This document shows positions 7,856-14,990 of a stretch of 15,981 bases of DNA, in pieces. The stretch spans positions 1 through 15,981 of the forward strand of contig CAYVLA010000074.1 in NCBI GenBank assembly GCA_964452145.1, read 5' to 3'. The stretch comes from Candidatus Hadarchaeota archaeon. GTDB taxonomy: Archaea; CAYQAE01; CAYVLA01. A program made the position numbers and the translations under genes. How positions within the stretch are numbered: position 1 is the first letter of the stretch; each line of letters opens with the position of its first letter. The notes under the pieces were generated by a model. That model was not told the DNA's origin. It saw only the letters and a program-made list of their open reading frames with translations, and did no database searches.

Positions 7856-8908
7856 ATGGGAGCATGGGGGCCTCAGTCGCCGGCCCCCCTACTGAACCCC
7901 CCGCTCCCCAACATACCTCAACCAGTATGTGGATATCCGACAAACGATAATGCAATATTCCTGGGAATGGCCAGATTCCTTGGAGAGACCTCGCAAGCTA
8001 CTTCCTTAAGTGAAGTTGCCGAGTTGACTAGGGCTAATGAGAGATACTTGCCAGATTCCGAAATCCGATCACTCAGCTACGGGCGCCTGCTTTTCCAAAG
8101 TGCTGAATTCCACGGCAGAATTACATTGATGATCCCAAATGTCCTACGTCAAAAGCCAACAAATGATGTCTCGCGGTTGGTTGATCTGACAGGAGCTATG
8201 TTTGGCGGTGGTGGCAAGATCAGTCTTGACGCAAGCAGCCCAGGAACTGTCAATTTCGCACGTGCCGAGGTCGATAGGGTAGACCTCACAGGTTGCACCT
8301 GGCCCAATAACATGATACTGATGCCTGAAGAAGAGAGAGGATGGCAGTCTTGGCTGGAACTCAGATGGACGGAGAATTCTCTGGATGATCTCCAAACGCA
8401 AAGGGACATCTACATGCGTCTCAAGACTAGCTTCGAACGAGTTGGCGACTATACAAAAAGTGGTGAGTTTTACTATCGCCAGAAAGAATGTGAGCGAAGA
8501 GCCATCATCGCCACACCCTGCAGGGCAAACAGAGATTCTTCACGTTCCTTGGCTAGGCTTCTTGCCTCAGCACGAGACATTCTGAAGCATCTCTTTTGGC
8601 AACTCTTCTATCGTGGACTCGTGGGTTATGGAGAAAGACCCATCAATATCGTGGCTTGGTCAATGGCCTTGATCCTTCTTGGAAGCTTCTGGTATCACTT
8701 TGGCGGGATAGGTTTCGCGAGCGATGCGACTCGGCCCGACCTTTGGGAATGCCTCTACCTGAGTGTTGCAACGTTCACAACGTTGAGCTACGGAGACGTT
8801 CGCCCGATCGGTTGGAGCAAGCCTTTTGCCATGCTACAGGCCTTTGCCGGGATGTTCATGATGGCCCTTTTCTCAATTGTCTACGGGAGAAAGGTTATGA
8901 GAGGATGA
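7856..8908 (+). CDS. Pentapeptide-like-repeat protein with a C-terminal two-TM potassium-channel-family (Ion_trans_2) domain; start uncertain (ATG 7967?) or 5'-truncated
   Basis: A.F repeats (AIFLG, AEFHG, AMFGG, VNFAR), then YMRLKTSFERVGDYTKSGEFYYRQKE, GYGERP, a TM helix, pore helix LYLSVATFTTLSYGDVRP and a second TM helix. The first ~33 residues are Pro-rich and look non-coding. Confidence 0.8.
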   Translation: MGAWGPQSPAPLLNPPLPNIPQPVCGYPTNDNAIFLGMARFLGETSQATSLSEVAELTRANERYLPDSEIRSLSYGRLLFQSAEFHGRITLMIPNVLRQKPTNDVSRLVDLTGAMFGGGGKISLDASSPGTVNFARAEVDRVDLTGCTWPNNMILMPEEERGWQSWLELRWTENSLDDLQTQRDIYMRLKTSFERVGDYTKSGEFYYRQKECERRAIIATPCRANRDSSRSLARLLASARDILKHLFWQLFYRGLVGYGERPINIVAWSMALILLGSFWYHFGGIGFASDATRPDLWECLYLSVATFTTLSYGDVRPIGWSKPFAMLQAFAGMFMMALFSIVYGRKVMRG

Positions 8909-9071
8909 CCGAGGATTGACTCATGGAAAGTCCCGACAGCCTGTCGTCTCGATCTGACCGTGAGGACACCACGGAAGGATAAGGTCGTGGGGCAAGCTTC
9001 AGGCCGACCTCCTCAAGTTCAGAGATGGCCCCTCGATCCGCATCTCCCGGGGGAAAGATCAGGCGTGCCTA

Positions 9072-9887
9072 GTGGAGTCCACCATCGAAGAGTGGGGCAC
9101 GTCTCCAGCAAAGCCAGATTGCGACGACGGATTGAGACAGGCAGTAAGAAGCTTGTGTGCAAAGCTCAAGGTGACCGACGAGCAGCTTGTTGAAGATGCG
9201 ATACAGGTAGCCCGGGAAATCCGTAGTCAACGCTTGGGATTCACCGTTGAGCAGGTCGGTGCCATTGCCCTCCAAGAGAGCGAGGTCCACCTGCCGAGGA
9301 AAAGGCTCCGGCAATGGGAGCGCCCGATAGAGAAATACTACCGCGGCCAGGCAATGGGCTCGACCAAGCCAAGGCGCGGGAAACGTAGGAAGCGGAGACT
9401 GCCACGAGACATCGAGCGGATTGCCAGGCTTGTCGAAGACATCGGGATCGAAGGTGCCAGCGAACTCCCAGCTGGGGTCGAGGTGTCTGTCTTCGAGGAG
9501 ATACTCCTCTTCCAAGTAAGATATGATTTTCCTCGGTCATTCACTTGGCCCCTGTGGCCTCTGGGACACGGCCTGCCAGCCCTTGTTCGTTTCGAGACTG
9601 CAAATGAAGAGGCGAAGTCCATTTGCCCTGGAAGACAGCTTCTCTCGGTATCTCTCTACTGTCATCGCCTCGGGCAGGTAGAAGGTGCATCGTCCGTCTT
9701 TTTCCAGATCGACGTAGAGTCCCTCGTTCTTCCTCCACCAGTAAGTGTTAACTCTCTCCTGAGCTATCAGAACAGACTTCCTCATATCCTTGGGGGTGAC
9801 AGCCATCAGCCTGCCCAACGCCTTGGGCCAGAAGCCCGCAAGAGCGTCCGAGAACGCATCGAGAAGTTGCGGATCATCAAGGCCTAA
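9072..9887 (+). CDS. Hypothetical protein with a TFB/TFIIB cyclin-repeat-like segment; credible coding part ends ~9535, the rest is antisense to abiV
   Basis: LRQAVRSLCAKLKVTDEQLVEDAIQVAREIRSQRLGFTVEQVGAIAL...VHLPR resembles a TFB cyclin repeat. The frame stays open upstream to 8964 without an ATG/GTG/TTG start, so the 5' end may be damaged. Confidence 0.4.
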   Translation: MESTIEEWGTSPAKPDCDDGLRQAVRSLCAKLKVTDEQLVEDAIQVAREIRSQRLGFTVEQVGAIALQESEVHLPRKRLRQWERPIEKYYRGQAMGSTKPRRGKRRKRRLPRDIERIARLVEDIGIEGASELPAGVEVSVFEEILLFQVRYDFPRSFTWPLWPLGHGLPALVRFETANEEAKSICPGRQLLSVSLYCHRLGQVEGASSVFFQIDVESLVLPPPVSVNSLLSYQNRLPHILGGDSHQPAQRLGPEARKSVRERIEKLRIIKA

Positions 9888-10250
9888 GATCTTGCCAGAC
9901 TTGGCTAGTTTCTTCAGAGAAACGGTCGAGGGCAATTCTTCGAGTTCCTGGCCGAGATCATCGAGGACTCGGTAGATCCATTCCATGTAGGCTATGTGTT
10001 CCTGCTTGAAGTCGTGGTTGCGGAGATCCCGAAGCAAGGAATCGCTCGGGTCGACCTCCCCGAAGGCGAAGCTCAGGCAGAACATGGCCTTTGCCTGCTC
10101 CTCCTCTGCAAGGACAAGCAGGGCGTAGGCGTGCCCGTAGTTCTCGGTTAGGGCACAGATGGCTTCCGAGCTATCGATGAGTCTCAAGCTGTTGTCTAGC
10201 ACCGTCCTGGCGGCTTTGAGCCAGTTCTCCCTTCTCGTGTTGACCTTCAC
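9537..10250 (-). CDS. abiV: AbiV-family abortive infection protein (HEPN superfamily)
   Basis: LDNSLRLIDSSE...YGHAYALLVLAEEEQAKA...LRNHDFKQ...RKNEGLYVD follows the AbiV pattern (N..rL...a.......g.A..l..la.EE..K...H..K...LYVD). GTG start after GGGGGAG. Confidence 0.85.
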   Translation of the reverse strand: MKVNTRRENWLKAARTVLDNSLRLIDSSEAICALTENYGHAYALLVLAEEEQAKAMFCLSFAFGEVDPSDSLLRDLRNHDFKQEHIAYMEWIYRVLDDLGQELEELPSTVSLKKLAKSGKILGLDDPQLLDAFSDALAGFWPKALGRLMAVTPKDMRKSVLIAQERVNTYWWRKNEGLYVDLEKDGRCTFYLPEAMTVERYREKLSSRANGLRLFICSLETNKGWQAVSQRPQGPSE

Positions 10251-10434
10251 GGGCCGCTCCCCCGATCGGACACTCCTTGATCCCTAATAGCTGCCTTCTC
10301 CACCCTTGGTGCCCCTTGCGCCAACCTGCCTCGCCCCTAGCTGGAGGCTTCAGGGAAGCGGTGGCCTCCCCGACCCATTTCAGACCATCTTGGCAAGTTC
10401 CTTCCGCTGAATCTAAGAGAGGGCGAAGTCCTCT

Positions 10435-10623
10435 TTAACGGTTGCGGGCTCGGAGCCAGGCGACCAGCATGGCTGCCGCCAAGAGCATCGCCAAGGGCTC
10501 GTCGATCCTCCACATCTCTCCAGTCGTGTATGAACCGGCCGCAGAAACAGCGACTGGGTCTAATCTGGGCCTAATTACAGTTAAGAATACGACTTCGATA
10601 AGTGGCTGCCAGCCCAGATCCAA
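10435..10623 (-). pseudogene. Small membrane peptide or orphan C-terminal anchor of a surface protein
   Basis: Ends IDEPLAMLLAAAMLVAWLRARNR*: short motif, hydrophobic helix, basic tail. Confidence 0.3.
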
Positions 10624-10756
10624 AGATCGCCGAGAGATCCCGAGAGCGTGTCGAAGTTTCTGTGCTCCGTCGCAGGTCGGTCAGCTCCTCTTGAAGGAAC
10701 GTCCGCAAACCTGGCGACGGGTCATCTCTCAGTAGCGGTCGACAGGAGGTCCAACA

Positions 10757-11017
10757 ATGGTGAGGATGAGGACTCCCCCGGCAGACGAGGTCGCCCGTAG
10801 GTGGGAGCTAGGGGTTAATGCAACGCCACCCGTCCCGTGTCCGAGGTGCGGCCGGAAGACCAAGGCAGCGTGGTTCTGTCAATGGTGCAAAGCTGAGTGG
10901 TCTGAGGGGGAACTCAAGCAGTGGAGCGAGGCCCGAATCAGAGTCTACGAAACCTATCCCACAGAACTCCGGCTCTTGCTGAGAGCCCGGGGCCACTACG
11001 AACTCAGCAGGCCCTGA
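10757..11017 (+). CDS. Small Zn-ribbon protein (86 aa)
   Basis: CPRCG-x8-CQWC. Strong RBS AGGAGGT at 10744-10750. Confidence 0.7.
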   Translation: MVRMRTPPADEVARRWELGVNATPPVPCPRCGRKTKAAWFCQWCKAEWSEGELKQWSEARIRVYETYPTELRLLLRARGHYELSRP

Positions 11018-11061
11018 GACCTTGGGACCATGAGGATGCCCATCTGAACCAGGGGGATGGC

Positions 11062-11718
11062 TTGAGGACTGGAATCCACCGAATCCAACTCTTCCAAGAT
11101 GAGGAGGAACTTCTGCGATTCGCCATGAGATTCATCACCGAGAGAGTGGAGTCCCTTGAGAACGATGTCCGCCGCTGCCTTTTGCAGGAGGGGCCGTATC
11201 GGCCAGCACCCTTCCCCGCCCTGCTCTACTGCTTCGCCACGATCGACCTCTTGGGCGGCCTATATTCTGGCAATGCTTCCAAGAGTGCTCGAACTTCGCC
11301 CCAGGCTCGCGAATACATGGAGAAGTTCATGAACTACAAGACCGAACGGACCAAGCTGATACAGGAGTTGTTCCGTCACAAGCTGGTGCACTTGGCCCAA
11401 CCTGGACCCGTCGTAGAAGACGGTGGTCGGCGCATATCTTGGTGCCATCACCATGAGAATCGGGAGAAGCACCTGCTTCTAGAGAAGCTGCCAACGAAAG
11501 GCTATGTTCCACTCACGTCGAAGGTGTGCATTGAGTGCAACTACGTGTTTCACGTAAGCATTGCTGATCTGGTCAGGGATATCAGAGACTCGGTAGAGAA
11601 TCCCGGGGGCTATCTTGCTTCACTTGAAAGCTCGCAGGATCTCCAACAGAAGTTCGAGAAGGCAATCTCGCAGGTCTACGACCGCGCTGCATGCGTTCAG
11701 GCAGGGGGGCATGAATGA
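11062..11718 (+). CDS. Putative HEPN-superfamily RNase (RxxxxH)
   Basis: All-helical pattern PFPALLYCFATIDLLGGLYSG...YMEKFM...LIQELFRHKLVH, with R-x4-H at 11374-11391. TTG 11062 follows AGGGGGA (ATG 11125 is an alternative start). Confidence 0.7.
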   Translation: MRTGIHRIQLFQDEEELLRFAMRFITERVESLENDVRRCLLQEGPYRPAPFPALLYCFATIDLLGGLYSGNASKSARTSPQAREYMEKFMNYKTERTKLIQELFRHKLVHLAQPGPVVEDGGRRISWCHHHENREKHLLLEKLPTKGYVPLTSKVCIECNYVFHVSIADLVRDIRDSVENPGGYLASLESSQDLQQKFEKAISQVYDRAACVQAGGHE

Positions 11719-11987
11719 AGAGAATGCAGGGGACCCCGAGGCTTCCATACGCATTGCTTGTGTGCCCATGCATTCCGGAGCAGGTCAGAGGATTCATCAA
11801 CGAACGGGGCGAGATACTTTACTATGGTGCAGGTTTCAGGACCGTGGTGACCGGAAAGTTCGATGAACGCTCAATAGTTGGCTACCGTCCCTCTCTACCC
11901 GGTTTCCCTTGGCTCCGGGAGAAGCTTCACATATCCTCTCGGCGAGGCGGTCAAAGAGGAGAAGATGGCAACGATGGTTCAGAGTGA
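11715..11987 (+). CDS. Hypothetical protein (90 aa), translationally coupled to the HEPN-like gene
   Basis: ATGA overlap at 11715-11718 with a G-rich RBS. Overlaps the next start (11965) by 23 nt. Confidence 0.5.
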   Translation: MKRMQGTPRLPYALLVCPCIPEQVRGFINERGEILYYGAGFRTVVTGKFDERSIVGYRPSLPGFPWLREKLHISSRRGGQRGEDGNDGSE

Positions 11988-12212
11988 GTGGTGGATCACG
12001 GCGCAAGTAGTGGCCAACATGATAGGTCTCGTCATCGCGGTGGCGGGCATAATTCTCACATACCTCGTGGCAAAGTCGAGACAGAACTTCGAGCTGAGGC
12101 GTGCACACACAGATGAAATCAGAGAGACGCTCAAGGAGGCAGGTTGCATGTCAAATCCTTGGCCCGGAAGATCAAACAGAGGTTCAAGGGACTGATCCAT
12201 CGCGAGCAATAG
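11965..12212 (+). pseudogene. N-terminally membrane-anchored protein with a probable internal deletion/frameshift near 12138
   Basis: RBS GAGGAG, ATG 11965, TM helix VVANMIGLVIAVAGIILTYLVA, then FELRRAHTDEIRETLKE. A plausible C-terminus LHVKSLARKIKQRFKGLIHREQ* (TAG 12210-12212) follows in a different frame. Confidence 0.45.
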
Positions 12213-12326
12213 CAAAATGCGAAGGGTCGCGAACAGGGTCGGCGAGGCGGAGCGAATTTCCTTCTGCCCGGAAGAGGTTTCATCACATCGTCAGGAGGTG
12301 CCTCGCATCGGCCGAGGGATGCATCG

Positions 12327-12926
12327 ATGGAAGAAACGGATGTCTCAAAGGCGCTCGGCAAGCTGGGAACAAAGATAGCAGATGTGACCCTGGAAAGCCT
12401 CAAGAGGGGGCGTCTGAAGCCCGAGCAGTGGCGCTGTTTACGGATGAAGCCGACCCGATTCGAATACGGCGAGTCGGGGGTCAACTACTCCGGCGAGGGA
12501 GAGTATGAAACTACCAAGACCTGGCACAGGGCGACTCGGACACTCACCAAACAACTCAAGAACTCTAGCGAGCACCTGTCAGCCTCCGAAATCCTTGTCC
12601 AGGCCTTCGCGGATGCCGACAAGGCGAGGACTGCGCTCGAACGCTTCACGGCTAGACTCGTCTCGGACCTACTGCGCCAGGGAAGCATTGACCAGAAGCG
12701 CCAAGAGGCCCTCATAACCACGCTCGTCAAGGAGGTCCAAGGACAGCCCTTAAGCTACGGTGCACGGGTTGAGCTGGACGGTATCGTCGTGCTATCCCCT
12801 CCGATACGCTTCACCGTGGGAGAGACTGACATCTCTATCCGCGCAACCAGTGCGCAAGATCTGGAGAGAGAAACCCCGGTGGATGTCCCTGCCATCGGAC
12901 TCCCGCGGGTGCCTTCGGCGGTAATC
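12327..12926 (+). pseudogene. N-terminal part of an ApeA-like/HEPN-associated protein, broken at 12926 (the ORF reads through to 12959)
   Basis: ...VELDGIVVLSPPIRF...ISIRATSAQDLERETP...PSAVI resembles the N-terminal domain of archaeal Apea-like HEPN proteins. Its in-frame continuation lies inverted at 12927-13035. No C-terminal RxxxxH domain is present. Confidence 0.65.
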
Positions 12927-13035
12927 GGTAGGAGAGGTAGCGCACGCTACCCACCTTGAAGAGGCGAAGTATCGCTATCGCCTGTTCGACCTTATCCTGT
13001 ATCTGCCTGGCCTGGTTGCCCAGGAAGTCGATCTC
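12927..13035 (-). pseudogene. Inverted 109-bp internal fragment of the gene starting at 12327
   Basis: The reverse complement translates EIDFLGNQARQIQDKVEQAIAILRLFKVGSVRYLSY and joins ...PSAVI in frame with no gap. Confidence 0.7.
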
Positions 13036-14221
13036 CGGTCTGCCTCGGGAGCTCGTGGTGGAGGTGCTTCAGGTAGTTGCCCAGGGGCCCGAAGCCCTCG
13101 TATTCGAACCAGCGGGGGTTCACCGGACCCCGGATGTAGGTCTGCATCTCGTCCGCCCCCGGGCCGTAGCGGATGGCGAAGAGCCAGGTGGGGTCCCGGG
13201 AGTTCAGGTAATCCAGTATCGCCATGTTGCCCTCGTTGGTCAGATCCTGGTTGGTCGCCAGAACCCTTCTCCCGGGCTGGGACCTGTGGAGTATGTCGGC
13301 TATCTCGTGGACCAGCCTGATGTAGGTGCCTCCCCACGGCATGCACCTCTCGCAGCGGCATCCGCCGACGTCCCCGGAGTTGGTGGTGAAGAAGTCGTGC
13401 TCGGGTGATTCCCGGAACATCCGCTCGAAGGACTCCAGCAAAGCCTTCCGGGCCTCGGGTATGGAGGGGCAGACGTACTTGCGCGACCTCCCCCCATCGG
13501 CACCCCACTCGCTTGGAAAGCCCGGCGACCCGTCCTTCCCCTGGGGCATCTCGTTCGCGGTGCGCCCGGACGTGGTCATCATGCCGTAGCTGCGCACCAC
13601 CGCCGGATCCCCGCCGAAGATGTTGGTCCCCAGAAGCATCAGGTCCTCCATGGCCTCGCGGCGTTCTTCACCTGTCTGTGGCCGGAGGTTCCCGTATCTC
13701 CGAGCCCTGCTGCCCGGGCCGGAGGGGTTCCCTCCCCGCATCCAGAATGCGGGGCTCTCCCTCGCGTCGATCACTGGCAGAGACAGCTCACCGTCGCGGT
13801 AGGAAAGGGATCTGAGGAAGTGCCCCGTGCCGTAGATGACCCCCCTTTCGTCCTTGCCGGCGACCAGGACGCAGGGAACACCGCCGGCCCGTCCTGTCTT
13901 CACCAGAAAACCCTCCGGGTGGTCCCGGTCGGTGTCCGGAAGCTTCGGGAGATCCGCATCCATTACATCCATCAGCCTCGCGACATCGGGATTGCCCCGG
14001 GGAGTGCCGAGGACGACCACCAGTCCAAACCCATCAAGTTCGAAGCCACGAATGTCACCCTCCATGGTCTCGACCTTCAGCCCGCTTCTCTTCTCGATCC
14101 TTGCCTTGAGGATGGATGCCGCCTTCTCCTCAGGGGGGCTGGATTCCCTCCCCCTCAGGACGAGGACCGACCCGGCAATCCGGGTCGGCGATGATTCCGC
14201 AACTACATGGGATTCCGCCAT
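13036..14221 (-). pseudogene. 3'-truncated glycoside hydrolase-like protein (GH20-domain-2/GH67-N-type N-terminal domain followed by a probable TIM-barrel region); ORF reads on to 12992
   Basis: ATG 14221 (MAESHVV). EKAASILKARIEKRSG...VVLGT...HPEGFLVK...VLVAGKDERGVIYGTGHFLR...ESPAFWMRG is the typical N-terminal zincin-like domain. Then YVCPSIPEARKALLE...NSGDVGGCRCERC. Coding character ends at HHELPRQT, at the inversion junction. Confidence 0.75.
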
Positions 14222-14343
14222 AGCCCGAGTTTGCGCCCGGTCCTGAAGTCGCTTTCCCCGGGCGGGCCCTCTGCCGGTAACCCACGCTAATGTCCCCACC
14301 AGCCGGGCGATCCAACAGGGCAGCCCAGCAGGGCAGGCCCACG

Positions 14344-14357
14344 CAAGATATATCTTG
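14344..14357. promoter_or_regulatory. Perfect 14-bp palindrome CAAGATATATCTTG between divergent GH genes (TATA box and/or operator)
   Basis: Exact self-complementarity. It is the most AT-rich patch in the GC-rich intergenic region 14222-14387. Confidence 0.55.
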
Positions 14358-14387
14358 GAATCCCCATCGCCAAGGCCCGGTGTCAAA

Positions 14388-14990
14388 GTGTCCCCTGCAA
14401 ACCCACATGCCGGAGTGGTCCTTGACGTTGGCGATCGGAAGCAGCTCCTCCTCGATGACGAGTACCTCGTGGAGACGTCTGTCCGGGTGCGGGCGGTCCT
14501 CCACCAGCCGGTGAAGCATGGCTTCCCGGTCCTCTCCCCCGACAGGCCATGGGAGGAGGGAGGGCTCCACACCGGCTCCGTCATCCACGACCAGGGAATG
14601 TTCAAGATGTGGTACGGGGGCCTGAACCCGGAGGGAAGAACGCGCTGCTTCTGCTACGCCACCTCCCGGGACGGAATCAACTGGGAGAAGCCATCCTTGG
14701 GCCTCTTCGAGTGGGATGGGGACAAGGACAACAACATCGTCATGGTTCCCTACCCGGAGGAGGAGAACCTCGGGTCCGCCTGCGTCTTCAAGGACGCCCG
14801 CGAGGCCGGCGGGGAGAGGGCCTTCAAGCTCATCCACCACCACATAAGGAAGGCCGGGGACGACTACGTCTACGGGCTCCAGGCGGCGACGTCCCCCGAC
14901 GGGATCCGGTGGAACAGGATCGAGGAGCCCCTCTTCACCGACTCCAAGCCCTTCGACTGCTTCAACGTCGTCTTCTGGGACGAGTTTCTG
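14388..14990 (+). pseudogene. 3'-truncated five-bladed beta-propeller glycoside hydrolase-like protein (GH43/32/130 clan-like); ORF reads through to 15038
   Basis: KQLLLDD...PVLSPDRPWE...GSVIHDQGMFKMWY...CYATSRDGINWEKPSLG...NNIV...VFKD...ATSPDGIRW...DCFNVVFWDE contains two S.DG..W (Asp-box-like) repeats, about half a propeller. Start uncertain (GTG 14388 or 14415). Confidence 0.75.

Noticed and set aside
10757..10830. Resemblance of MVRMRTPPADEVARRWELGV to N-termini of filamentous archaeal virus capsid proteins
   Set aside because: Too short, the rest of the protein is a Zn ribbon, and no other virion genes are present.
12927..13035. Invertase-controlled phase-variation switch (shufflon/invertible segment)
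   Set aside because: There are no flanking inverted repeats, no intact recombinase in the window, and the remainder of the gene is missing, so flipping back would not restore a full-length product.
12921..13040. Restriction/ligation (TaqI or HpaII CG-overhang) origin for the inversion junctions
   Set aside because: The repaired left join would read TCGA, but the right junction reads CGGAGATC on the minus strand rather than the CGAGATC expected from sticky-end ligation, so the bases do not fit.
14222..14605. N-terminal extension of ORF 12992..14605
   Set aside because: It overlaps the divergent beta-propeller gene antisense and the intergenic palindrome; recognisable domain sequence begins only after ATG 14221.
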